64,000 nt of DNA from Octopus bimaculoides. Lineage: Eukaryota. The notes under the pieces were generated by a model. The model was not told the origin of the DNA. It did no database searches and was given only the letters and a program-made list of their open reading frames with translations. Position 1 is the first letter of the stretch, and each line of letters begins with the position of its first letter. A program made the translations under genes and the position numbers. This document shows, piece after piece, positions 1 to 12,916 of this stretch. The DNA lies in assembly GCF_001194135.2 (NCBI RefSeq), contig NC_068981.1:60174973-60238972 (forward strand), given 5' to 3'.

Positions 1-2593
1 TCATGCACACTATTATCGTGTCTATTTTGTTACCGTTTCATCGAGTTTATGGTATCTTTTTACATATATATGTACGTGTGTGTATAAACGGAAGCTTTTA
101 TATTTTTCCTCCTCCATAGATTAATACAAATGAGTTAAAATATTTTGCTTAATTTTGATAAAATATTTCTACAAAATATTATTGTAAAACTACTTTATTT
201 CTTTTTGTGTAAGTATATTTCGCTAACATTTTTTTCGTTCTTTTACTTCTGACTTTCTTCCTACAAAATTGTTTTGGTACTTTTAACGATTGGAAAGGTT
301 TAAAAAAAAAATGAATGAAGTACAGAATGATATATCAATACAATTATATCATTGAATACGATTGCAACTACGAATTGTACCCTTCAACTGTATAATATGA
401 CTGGAAAAAATTCTGATTATTGCTGTTATTATCTTTTTCCATCTTCGTTCATAATTTCTCTTTCTTTGATCTATTTATTATTGTCCATGAGAATCTTAAC
501 GAGGATTTCCTTCGTCGATAAATGTTGGATAGTATAAGCCTAGGTTATTGTGTCTGAGAAAGTAAAAAGAAGTGCGAGATTTTCGCGAACGGAATGACTT
601 TGACCGTAAGTCTGTTCAGCTTGGGTTGATCTGGAATTAAACAACATCGAAAACATAAGAATAATTAAGACCAAAATATCACAAGCAAGCAAATCAATCA
701 CAGGAGATTACTATAAAACAAAGAGAATTGTGCAAATATATAATAAATACAGAGGTGAAAAACTCGTTTAAACACTGCATAAATACGTATTAACGATAAT
801 GAGTTATGATTTTAAAACAATATTAATAATGTTTAGAAACTGGAACAATCATTTTCACTAACTTGGCAAACACATGCTTTACAAGCATATGTATGTGGAT
901 GTACGTGCATGTGCTTATGCGCGTGTTAGTTTAAAAGTTAGGAATATGGAAGGTCAGCATGTATGACATTGGCAGGTAACTCAAACTTGCAAGTGTGATG
1001 AAGTTTGTTATTGCGTTTGAATATCTGTACATAAAGGACCAAGTGGGAAAAAAAAGAACAGGCGTGGAGTAATTGCCTGACTATGTATCACTTAGTGGAT
1101 CAATGTACAAGTATTTAATACTAGGAATAAGGTGGGTGAGACGTACATCTTACTCACCTTATACCTTGTACGTCAACATATATAACCATAAATATTCTTC
1201 CCTTTTATCACATAGAACACTGCAAATGGTAAAATTTATTTTGCTTGTGATATTTATAAAGTAGTTTTGTAAAAATATTTCCTTTAATTTTGTTGTAGCT
1301 TCTTTCTTTCTATAAAGTTTTAAATCCATGACGATAAAAACTGGATATATCAAGCAGACCTGTATGAAAGAGGAATGCATTTAGTCGTTTCAAAGGAAAA
1401 GATGCAATTGTTGTAGCATTATAGTATGCTACAGGATGCATCTATCAGCTTGTAGTTAAAGTGTGCTTGGGAAAGAGATTTCTCGTTATGTCAAATGGCC
1501 TTGGTTTGGACACAAGATTAGAGTCTGTAATCTAGCAGCACACTTCTTTATTTATGTATCTTACTGTAAAAAATTAGAAAAAGACCCCAAAAAACAAATA
1601 CAAATTAAAGTAACTCCTACTGGAACTTTGAGAGGCTCACAAACTAATTAGAGCTAAAATACTTTGTAGTTCTAAAGCGGAAACCTTTTATTAATCATGC
1701 AGTTGGATAATCTATGTATAAGCAATTAAGATGAGAGTATATGTGTGATAACTTTGAGGTTTTTGATTGAGCTGTTCTTATATAAGCTGTAGGCATTTTA
1801 TACTTGTGTTATGTAAAGAAATTGTAATATCCATATTAATCAATGGTGAAGACTTATTAAAGCATTTTTTGTTTGCTGTTAAGTGTTCTGGATGTGTATT
1901 AATGGAATTCTGAGAATAAGTGATGCAACAGCATTGTTTCCAACAATGTTCTCAAATGTTTCCATGTCTGCTTATGCAAGCGTTTGTATATTTGTGTACG
2001 TATCTGATGGTATTTATGTTCTTGAAATGTCGATGAGTCACATAATAAAATGCTATGAAAATAAAAAGAAATAATGAATTGCAATTTACCTTGAAGAGCA
2101 TGTGGTCGTGCTTCCTATTACCCTCAACCATAATGTGTATAAAGCTTTAAGTATATTAAAGTTATGGATTTGCAAAGATTAGTAGTTCTTGGATCTCTTC
2201 TTTCTTTCTCTGGTATGTATTGTTCAATAATGGTATCAAAAGGGCGGTAGATTTCAAAGAAAAGTGAACGGTTTCATTTTGTGTTTCTAGATAACAACGT
2301 AAATATGGCTGTAATTACAGTTGCTATTTTATGTCATTGCATTTGCTATTTTATGTTCCATTAATATTCTTGCAATCCATTGGTCTCAATATCTTTATTT
2401 TTATTCCTGTCTTTTTATTTCATATTCTATTCCAAACTTCTCTGGCAACCATTTCATTGCCCATGGGAGAATAGACGCTTGTGTGTGTGCGTGTGTGTGT
2501 GTGTGCTATCTTTGTTTTTCAATTGAATTGCAAGTCAATAAAATTCCATTACTGGAGATTTTATATATATATGTGTCTGTGTATGTGTGTGTT

Positions 2594-2652
<59 letters not shown>

Positions 2653-4909
2653 GTATGTGTGTGTGTATATACATGTATGTGCATATATATATACACACAT
2701 ATATATTTACATATACACATATACGTATCTATACATATATGCATTTATGTATGTATATGTTATGTATGTAGCAATACATTTATATATTAGGATGTAGGCA
2801 TAGGGGCTACAACTGTTCTTTTTAATTACGACTTCGGTAAAGATGGCAACTTATCTTTGCAACTATCTCAATAAACTAAACAATTTAGACATCTCAGTCA
2901 ACTATATTTTGTACAAAAATTATTGCTCAATGTTTATAGTTTCAATCTTGAGCAGTCATGTTTATTTGAGGAGTGGGGTAATGGAGAGGAATTTTAAGCT
3001 CACGGTACTTAAGCATGCCAGAAATCAATTCAACTTTATCGGTTGCCAGCATAAAGAACTTAATTAATTGTGAAAAAAAAAAATGGAAAACCAACCTTTA
3101 AGAAGAGGGGGAAAAACTGTTTCTCTCAGCAACATTGATTATCTGCTTTAAATTATGATCCATTGTCTTCTAACTATTATTTTATTTTTACGATTAATTT
3201 CATTTCAATTTTGCTGTTACCTCTCATGATATTCTTGTTTAGTTTCCATTCTGCCTTGATTCAGCAAAATTATGATCACAGATATTACTGTCAAGACTAC
3301 CCTCTCCTTTGTTTTATGCAGAGTTTGTCTTTGTGTCTTTCTTTAAAAGACAGTAGTGTTTTGATTGAGAATGATTTCACTGCTGTTTTTAGAAGGTGGA
3401 GCGAATTCGTAGTGGACCCAACTTGGGTTCTATGCTACAGCATGGAATTAGCTGCTGAAGCATGAATCCTAAACGCTTATAGAAGGATAAAACTAAAAAG
3501 AAAATATATCAGCTTGAGTTCAGATAATAGAATGCGCCGACTTTCAAGCTATTTTACCAATGTGGACAGTTAACCAGAAAAAGTTTTCAATGTGTGACAT
3601 ATTTGTTTTCTTTTATATATATATATATATATNNNNNNNNNNNNNNNNNNNNNNNNNNNNNNNNNNNNNNNNNNNNNNNNNNNNNNNNNNNNNNNNNNNN
3701 NNNNNNNNNNNNNNNNNNNNNNNNNNNNNNNNNNNNNNNNNNNNNNNNNNNNNNNNNNNNNNNNNNNNNNNNNNNNNNNNNNNNNNNNNNNNNNNNNNNN
3801 NNNNNNNNNNNNNNNNNNNNNNNNNNNNNNNNNNNNNNNNNNNNNNNNNNNNNNNNNNNNNNNNNNNNNNNNNNNNNNNNNNNNNNNNNNNNNNNNNNNN
3901 NNNNNNNNNNNNNNNNNNNNNNNNNNNNNNNNNNNNNNNNNNNNNNNNNNNNNNNNNNNNNNNNNNNNNNNNNNNNNNNNNNNNNNNNNNNNNNNNNNNN
4001 NNNNNNNNNNNNNNNNNNNNNNNNNNNNNNNNNNNNNNNNNNNNNNNNNNNNNNNNNNNNNNNNNNNNNNNNNNNNNNNNNNNNNNNNNNNNNNNNNNNN
4101 NNNNNNNNNNNNNNNNNNNNNNNNNNNNNNNNNNNNNNNNNNNNNNNNNNNNNNNNNNNNNNNNNNNNNNNNNNNNNNNNNNNNNNNNNNNNNNNNNNNN
4201 NNNNNNNNNNNNNNNNNNNNNNNNNNNNNNNNNNNNNNNNNNNNNNNNNNNNNNNNNNNNNNNNNNNNNNNNNNNNNNNNNNNNNNNNNNNNNNNNNNNN
4301 NNNNNNNNNNNNNNNNNNNNNNNNNNNNNNNNNNNNNNNNNNNNNNNNNNNNNNNNNNNNNNNNNNNNNNNNNNNNNNNNNNNNNNNNNNNNNNNNNNNN
4401 NNNNNNNNNNNNNNNNNNNNNNNNNNNNNNNNNNNNNNNNNNNNNNNNNNNNNNNNNNNNNNNNNNNNNNNNNNNNNNNNNNNNNNNNNNNNNNNNNNNN
4501 NNNNNNNNNNNNNNNNNNNNNNNNNNNNNNNNNNNNNNNNNNNNNNNNNNNNNNNNNNNNNNNNNNNNNNNNNNNNNNNNNNNNNNNNNNNNTATATATA
4601 TATATATATATATATATATTTCGAGCTCTGAAATATTTCCTAACTTGGAAGAACAATGTTTTTGTGTGTATCTATATGTTTGTCGGTCTGTCTGACTGTT
4701 CGGCTATCTCTTTCTCTGATGAAGCCGTTGGTAAACTAATAATGTGCACTCACCAGAAAATATTTTCAATGATGATGAGATGAAGTATTTCAAGCAATCG
4801 TAAGGGTTCTGCTTATATTCAATTGAGGATTATAGTGTGATGTTGCACTAATAGGTTTGTGACATGGGCAGTAATTACAACTTCAAATTTTAACTCAAAG
4901 CCAGCAATT

Positions 4910-4995
4910 TGGAGAGTTGATTACATCGACTCCAGTACATGACTGATACTTTATTTTATCGGCTCCAAAAGATGAAAAGCAAATTTGAAATCGGA
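4910..4995 (-). mobile_element. SINE family A fragment
   Basis: gttgattacatcgactccagt..tactttattttatcggctccaaaagatgaaaagcaaa is the reverse complement of the family A core. Confidence 0.7.
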
Positions 4996-7018
4996 AATGT
5001 TTCGATGTCTTTCTTCATGTAGTCAATGTAATTTCGGCGAGAGGTATTTAGATTGTATGTGTATTAGGTTTTGGTGCAGAAAAGTAGGGAGGACTGAAAA
5101 GTGAGGGTATCATCAGTATGGGAGTGTAATGAAGCAGCCAGGAGAAAATATCTCACCTGATGAGTATGAGTGCATGGTCATGAACCCTATTGTGCACAAA
5201 GGGATAGTTTAAGAGAATAATTATCTTTTTTGCCTAGTGTGGGTTTCGATGAAAAGCAGGAAGGAAATGTGAAGGCATTTCTGCAGGAGTACTGCACAAA
5301 AAAACCATAATAGCTGAAATTTTGAGGAAAGGAGAATTTAACAAATTTGATAGAGATCCTTTTCGCTAGTCAAAAATATCGACTGCATTTTGAATAAAAA
5401 GTAGCTTGAACAACAGAGATAGACAGATCAGAGAAATAGGATGTGTTAGTAACATCTGATGAGCGGAATCCCCTTCGTCTTCTGCACCACCGCTGTAGAA
5501 GAGAAGGGGGAATTTCTTTGGCAAATTTTGATTTAATTTCTGGTATATAGAGAGATGTAGACGAAGACAGCGCATTTCGAAATCATGGTCACCAACTGCT
5601 GAAAGCATCATCCGAAAACTTTTTAGAAAGTGACCTCAGCTAAAGGAATCTATGGGCCAGCAAGCCGTGTTAAAAATATAGGAGAAATTTGAAAAAAGAA
5701 AAAAATAAGCATTGTTTTATTTAATTNNNNNNNNNNNNNNNNNNNNNNNNNNNNNNNNNNNNNNNNNNNNNNNNNNNNNNNNNNNNNNNNNNNNNNNNNN
5801 NNNNNNNNNNNNNNNNNNNNNNNNNNNNNNNNNNNNNNNNNNNNNNNNNNNNNNNNNNNNNNNNNNNNNNNNNNNNNNNNNNNNNNNNNNNNNNNNNNNN
5901 NNNNNNNNNNNNNNNNNNNNNNNNNNNNNNNNNNNNNNNNNNNNNNNNNNNNNNNNNNNNNNNNNNNNNNNNNNNNNNNNNNNNNNNNNNNNNNNNNNNN
6001 NNNNNNNNNNNNNNNNNNNNNNNNNNNNNNNNNNNNNNNNNNNNNNNNNNNNATATATATATATATACACAAAGAGACACACAAGCATACGTACATACAT
6101 ACATATACACACAAACACGTACGCACACGTTCTTACGTATATGCATGTATGTATATCGTAAAAAGAAACGCAGAAATAATAATTGATATTTTAATGTTTT
6201 ATACATACGTGCGTTTCCATAAATCAGCTGGCTCATAAGCATTCGCCATACATTTACCGCCTGTTACTGACTATCGACGTTCTTGCATTTGTGATGCGGT
6301 GAAATCCACTGTGTTTGTGTATGTATTTTTGATATTCTTATTGACTCTAACATGATGTATTTATTTCAGTCTCAATTCAAGGTACATAATCTTTAAACAA
6401 AGGCAACTGAAGAATAATATATTTGACTTATAATTTCTTTGATTTAATTATTCAAATGTGAAGTATTATAATATGTATTCAGTTAATTAACTACGCACAA
6501 TTCTCTATATGAATAAATCGATTACCTTATCAATTTGACGAATAATTTTCAACTAAAACAATCATAGACCTATTGTTAATTGTAACGTTCCATTGCGCTT
6601 TTGCATTTCACAACGAATATATTGAAGGTCCTTTATTCAAAATCATTTAATAGTTACAGAAATTTTATATACGCAATCAATCATATAAACATACAATACA
6701 TACATGCAAACTCTTACACCTGCCACACATATATACGTACACCTACATTCGTGCGTACACACGTACATGCATACGAAGCGGACATATATACAAGTGAATG
6801 CATATACAATTATTCAAACTTTAGCACACACAAATACAACGAATGAAGAACAAAAATGTAAGAAATAGAATAGGGATTGAATATCTGAGTACATGCTTGT
6901 GAGTATGGGTGTATGCATGTGTGACACTCAAAAATTTCCATCCATTGAGAAATATACATAAGCATATAGAGACATATACGGGTAAGTGTTTGTGAGTACA
7001 TATGCAAAATGCAAATGG

Positions 7019-7019
<1 letters not shown>

Positions 7020-7085
<66 letters not shown>

Positions 7086-7257
7086 CATACACACACACAC
7101 GCACACACGCACACACACACACACACACACATATGTTATGTATGCATATATATGCAAGTTAGCTTACATGCACACGTTCCGCGCGAACACACATCCACTC
7201 ACACTCATAAAAAATTATATTTCTATACAACAACAACAACAACAACAACAACAACTG

Positions 7258-7303
<46 letters not shown>

Positions 7304-7322
7304 GACGACGACGACGACGACG
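7020..7322. repeat. (CA)n followed by compound (CAA)n(CTA)n(CGA)n
   Basis: Direct reading. Confidence 0.97.
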
Positions 7323-9574
7323 GCGTTGTTTACTTCTATTTCTAAGTCATATACATATATATTAACTATGACTCCATTTCGTACCTGTTGTTATGGTTAC
7401 TGCTACTGTCTTTGTTGCTGATGCCGCTCAGAGTGTGACTGCTACTGCTACTGAAAATTTCCATCATTACTTAGCATTTTAACTACCTGTTTTGCGTCAG
7501 TATTTTATTACAGCAAATCAGTCACTGCTACTGTTTCTACTAGCGTGTTACAATCATAAACGTCATTTCCGAAGACCCTACTTACATCGCAGTTACGATA
7601 TTTTGATACTACTGCCATAGTTATAACCTCATACCCTGTCATCAGTTGTCTTGTGACAGTTACCTCTCCCTTCACTACTTCTGTATTACTGATGCTTGTA
7701 CTACTGTCGAAAGCACACCTACTAGAACAGCTGCAGTCACCAATACACTGCTAAAATCATTGATAAATATTTAGCATGCAATCTCTGTAGCACCTGTCAT
7801 CGTTGTAGTAATTCAATCCTAACCATCACTTAAATTAGAAGGATTCAAACATAGGGCAGACTATTCAACTTTTATGTAAAGCGTAGCCTATTGTATTGAC
7901 CTAACTACATGACAGGTGTTTTTTAATATAATCCTCCAAAAATTAAAGTCAAAATTGGTCCCCATATTTAAGATTATCATTATTAATATTTTTGCAGGAG
8001 TATTATTTTATCTATATACATTCACTGCTCAACTAAGCGCAATTCAGTGCACATTAGATATGTACAGATCTTTGTTAAGGTTTTTGTATTATGCGTTAGT
8101 TTGAAAGTAATCTACACAATAAGTGAGCTATCATCAATATATTGTCCTTATTTCAAAATCTCCTTAGTCCTTTGGATGTGAATTTTTCTCTATGTTCATG
8201 TACCAATGTACTTATTATTACAGGCATTATTACTGCTTTTAGAACGCATTCTCGTTACCACTTTTCGCAGTTCTTTATACTGGAATTAATTCATTTCTTT
8301 TATAGGTGTATTGTATCATCTGTTGGGATTTATATCCTAAATAGATGATTTCCGGATTTTCTGATTCCTGATTTTCCGGACAATAATATCTAGAAGATTC
8401 TCCTTGACCTTTTTGAATGTGGACTGACATATTGCAAAATATGAAAGCTCTCATACTCGGGAATACGCTAATCCACATTCAAAATACGCAAAGTAATTTT
8501 TCATTCTCTGAGAAATTAACCTGCGTACGACTATATCGCCGCTTTCCACTTCGCATTTTATAATACTGGTTTAAGTTTTCTGTATATTAAAGTCCTTACT
8601 CTATCACACCTCTTAATGTATTATTTTCAGCTAAAACTTCACTATGCATCTTATTGTTTCTTTCTTCTCTTTACAACTGTATTTCCCATCATGTTACACT
8701 TTGCATTTATCGTCTTCTTTGAAGTCAAGAAACAGTTTTCTGGTAGCTAGTTCTGGCAGCTATTTTAATATTTTATTTCATTTGTCTGAGTTGGACTCTA
8801 TTTCATCGTTTCGCAAGTGTATACGTCTTAATTATTTTATGCTCGTTTCAATCTTTATCGTATTAGAGAAAGGGATACATGATTTCCAAGTTTTTCCTGA
8901 CGCATTTTTCAAATCCGAATCCTATAGTAATTCTCATAGTTAACCTGTGCACAATTTCCAGATATTTATCACTTATAAATCGTCTCACTTGTGGTCTTAC
9001 ATACAGGAAATTTAGTTGATTGATCTCCCATAGTATTTTACACTAGTCTAGTTTCATCGAACCTGTGGGCGGAAAGCATTTGCACAAAACTGAAATGAAG
9101 TTAATGTGTCCCACCCCTTGAATATTTTTAAAAAAGAAATAGTGTTAGTTTTTATGATTTTCTCTTTTGTTTTTATCTACAGAACTGTTTGTCATTCACT
9201 CATGATGTATTTAATGCGTGTTCTTATCATTAGTGCTATCTAACTCATGGTGACGTTTCCACGACCAGACACTTAAAAACCTTCCCCTAGTCAACCCATG
9301 TTATGCCCTCACTCTTATATCCACTTCTACCGTCTTCGGTTGTAACTTTGTTGATTAGTATGGATAACTAAAGCCGCATAAGTCTTTGAGGCTTCCCTTA
9401 ATCTTCTCGAAAAATTTTGTTTCTTTGGTTTTCGGATGTACCATTCCATTTATATTGGAGCTTAAGACATTTCCCACTAGTTATCATGTCATGTGTTGCT
9501 CTATATTTAAGAGATGAGGAATTATGTACATTATTTACATTTGACGGATATTTGCCCTCATATTGTTTGTTGTT

Positions 9575-9620
9575 AACACAACGTTTCGGCTGATATACCC
9601 TCCAGCCTCCATCGGGTATC
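9575..9620 (-). ncRNA. Minimal type I hammerhead ribozyme motif, left arm (U4C and A9G core changes)
   Basis: Minus strand reads GATAC-CCGATGG-A-GGCTGG-AGGGTATA-TCAGCC-GAAA-CG-TT-GTGTT, with an intact 6-bp stem II. Confidence 0.75.
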
Positions 9621-9640
9621 TTGGGGAAATTTCGAACCTG

Positions 9641-9710
9641 GGCATATGGTGTAGTGGTTAAGAGCACGGGCTACTAACCCCAAGATCCCGAGTTCTATTC
9701 CAGGCAGTGA

Positions 9711-9712
<2 letters not shown>
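9641..9712 (+). promoter_or_regulatory. tRNA-derived head with Pol III A and B boxes (not a functional tRNA)
   Basis: A box TGGTGTAGTGG (9647-9657), anticodon-like loop CTACTAA, B box GTTCTATTC (9692-9700, one mismatch). Resembles tRNA-Thr by eye; the acceptor stem is poor. Confidence 0.8.
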
Positions 9713-9770
<58 letters not shown>

Positions 9771-9855
9771 GAAAGAAGAAAAAAAATAACATAATAATAA
9801 TAATAACATCGAAAAATACCTTAGGAATGAGAACCCAGGTTCGAAATTTCTCCAA

Positions 9856-9901
9856 GACACCTGCTGAAGGCTGGAGGGTATATAAGCCGAAACGTTGTGT
9901 T
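9856..9901 (+). ncRNA. Minimal type I hammerhead ribozyme motif, right arm (A6C core change)
   Basis: GACAC-CTGCTGA-A-GGCTGG-AGGGTATA-TAAGCC-GAAA-CG-TT-GTGTT. Stem I is GACAC/GUGUU, stem II has one mismatch, stem III is palindromic ACGU, and the putative GUU cleavage site lies after 9896. Confidence 0.75.
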
Positions 9902-9999
9902 AACAACAAACAAGATGAGGACAAATATCCGACAAATGTAAGTAATGTAAATGTCATGTGTTGTCTCTGGTTCCGCCAGTGCCCAACTAAGAATTTCTG

Positions 10000-11151
10000 C
10001 TGATATCTCGTTCAGAAAGTAGAATCTTATCACACTCTGGTGCATCCGAGCTAATAATTTTTGCAGCGTCTGAGCTAGTTCCCATGCTGATATGGCATCC
10101 CAAGATTGTCCAGTTACTTTTTCATTGTTTTAAACAATTTCGCCTACTGTGATTCGTTCGCTTCACGTCATGTCTCTCCCGGAATGCATTTTCTCCTTTT
10201 TTAAAGTGGGTCCTGCTTTTATTTCTAATTTTCTTTTTCTTTAGATTTTAACTAAAGAATTGGAGACAAGCAGCGTGTTTTGTTCAACGAATTACTTTCC
10301 ACATTGTCTGTTTCTTTGCTATTTAGTGCGAATCGTTTGTTTCAATCAATCATTGATTTCAGGTTCTTTTTATATTAAGACTCTGTAGCATTTCTCTATC
10401 CATATTTTGAAGTTGTATTTATAATTACTGATTTCATTATGGACACTTCCTTTCAGAGACATTTTTCTTTTATTTTCTATATTTGTTGTTTATTTCATTT
10501 CATGCTATTTGCTTGAACTTTCATATTAACATATAAGTACCTTTGAGAGAGCATGAACCTTGCTTTGTAACTATGTGACAGCATCCTATTTATTTTAAGC
10601 TAGCTTTATTTCTTTCCAAACTTGATATAGGCTTATGTTCTTAGTTTAATCTTTTTTTGTACGGTGCAGCTGTAAGATATGCATGTGAAATATAAACATA
10701 TTACTCACATGTCCATTTTTATCTTTTCCTTTAATCTTTAATAGACACAAGTAAAGAAGTCAGGCTGATTAATTACATTTCTAATTTCATCGGATTTCGT
10801 TCAAAATTTCTCTTCTATGGAACACTTAATTTTTCAAAATTTTCATTCATGAAATTTTAATTGTAACCTCGGGCCGGTTGTTAGTGGTTTTCGTTTTGTA
10901 ATGTTTGCCTTTTATTCTGTATTGCTTGTCCTTATTTATATCACTCGAGAGAAGTCTCGTTTGAATAGGAACCATGCTCTGATAACTTGTATACACGTTA
11001 TGATAAATCACATACCACAATGTGGACATATGTAATGCATTAATTACGTGAAGTAATTATAATCAAACATTTCTTACCAAGTTATCTTTTAAAATTATAT
11101 CATTATTTTTTTACTGCCCTTGTGCCAAAATTTAAAATCATCATCATCATT

Positions 11152-11192
<41 letters not shown>

Positions 11193-12010
11193 TATTAGCA
11201 CGCCTGGCAAAATGCTTAGTGGCATTTCGTCCGTCTTTACGTTCTGGGTTCAAATTTTGACGAGGACTTTGTCTTTTATCCTTTCGGCGTCGATAAATCA
11301 AGTACCAGTCAGTATTGAGACCGATGTGATCAACTTAGCCCCTCCCCTCAAATTTCAGGCCTTGTGTCTGTTGTAGAAAAGATTATTATTATTATTAAGG
11401 TGGTGCTGACACGTTAGCACGCCGTTAGCACACCGTTAGCACGCCGGGCAAAATGCTAGGCGACATTTCGTCCGTCTTTACGATCTGACTTCAAATTACC
11501 TCGAGGTCGAATTTTACTTGTATTCTTTCGAGATCGATAAAATAAATATCAGTTGAGCACAAGGGTCAATGTAACTGACTTACCCACTTCCCACAAAATT
11601 CTGGCTTTGTGACAAAATTCGGAAACAATATTTCAGAATTTAAGGCGGCGAACTGACAGAATACTTAGCACGACACGCAAAAATGATCAGCGGTATTATG
11701 TCCGGTATTATGTTCTGAGTCCAAATGTCCCCGGAGTCGGCTTTGGTTTTCATCCTTTTGGAGTCGATAAAATAAGTACCAGTTGATAACTGAAGTCGAT
11801 GTAATCGACTTACCCCCTCTACCGAGATTTCAGGCCTTTTGTCTATACTAGAAAGGATTATTATTATGACTGCTGCTGCCCCTCCTTCCTCCTCCTCCTC
11901 CTCCTCCTCCTCNNNNNNNNNNNNNNNNNNNNNNNNNNNNNNNNNNNNNNNNNNNNNNNNNNNNNNNNNNNNNNNNNNNNNNNNNNNNNNNNNNNNNNNN
12001 NNNNNNNNNN

Positions 12011-12042
<32 letters not shown>

Positions 12043-12400
12043 GTACAGCTTTCAAGACGGAACGCTTAATGCACTGTGAGTAGTTTTCTCGATTTTTGGT
12101 CTAGCTTCTTTCAGTCTTCTTTCCCTCAGTTGATAATAACTATACCATTCTTACAATAATTCAATTGTTTGTGAATTGCTGGTTTGAAACTTGTTTCTTT
12201 TACTTTTTACTACATCACCAGTCTAAGACATCGGGAATACTTTGGGGCAATAATATGTTTTTCATTTCTTATTCCATCGCTTCCTTCACATCCAATATGT
12301 ACTAGGTATTTTTATCAGGTATTTTCAATCCTTTTCGTGATTTCTTCTGATAGTAATTCTATGATAGCGTTTACTCCACTCCATCTTTTTCACAGCTAGC
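10000..12400 (-). mobile_element. Very decayed R4/Dong-like LINE relic (N-terminal and pre-RT region), interrupted by SINEs and microsatellites
   Basis: Weak minus-strand motif echoes by eye: KKMEWSK near 12380, NKRFALNSKE near 10330, and a KAPGxD.I..W-like stretch near 10100. Boundaries approximate. Confidence 0.3.
11195..11868 (+). mobile_element. Three head-to-tail copies of tRNA-derived SINE family A
   Basis: Copies at about 11195-11396, 11397-11632 and 11642-11868. They share ttagcacgccggg..aaatgcttagcgg..tttcg, a gttcaaatt B box, cgataaaataagtaccagt, gtcgatgtaatcgac and an ATT tail. Confidence 0.9.
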
Positions 12401-12761
12401 AGTAGCTGGATTACAACACAACCCATTTTACTGAGCAATAGGGTACTTGTCAGGTGAGACACCTCCACCTCAGGATCCAGTCCATTGATTGTATACTGTT
12501 TTGCATAATTTCATTCAAGTTAGGTTTGGGCGGGGTTTTCCTTCCTACGAGAACTTTTTCGTGAAACCATTAGTATGGGAACCAACAACGAAAGATAGAG
12601 AACCCCCCTAGAGCATGAGACACAGTTCAATCCAGTCGAACGTCAACCCTGTATTTTCTTGGCCACGAGATGTGTGATTTCAAAATAGCAGGTTATTTGA
12701 ATTTAAACTTGATAATATTGTAAGTTAATTAACTGTCAGAGAATATAAGCACAAACATCAT

Positions 12762-12797
12762 AATTATTATTATTATTATCATTATTATTATCATTGT

Positions 12798-12858
<61 letters not shown>

Positions 12859-12863
12859 GCTAC

Positions 12864-12915
<52 letters not shown>
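12762..12915. repeat. Compound (ATT)n(ACT)n(ATT)n microsatellite
   Basis: Direct reading. Confidence 0.97.

Positions 12916-12916
<1 letters not shown>

Larger units (their letters stand above)
9499..9950. mobile_element. Non-autonomous inverted-repeat element: two hammerhead-bearing arms around a tRNA-derived head and (AAT)n
   Basis: Direct repeat ATGTCATGTGTTG at 9486-9498 and 9951-9963 (TSD). Arms 9526-9642 and 9834-9950 are ungapped reverse complements with 11 mismatches in 117 bp. Confidence 0.88.

Noticed and set aside
4716-4736. CTGATGA-A-GCC-GTT-GGT-AAAC hammerhead-like string
   Set aside because: Lacks G12 of GAAA and a cleavage triplet or stem I; compatible with chance.
8380-8960. 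Possible pogo/Tigger-like relic (minus strand)
   Set aside because: Similarity too weak to support by eye.
9641-9712. tRNA gene call (also the heads at 30907, 37749 and 60282)
   Set aside because: Acceptor and T stems are broken and each head continues into a repeat body, so these are SINE-type heads, not tRNA genes.
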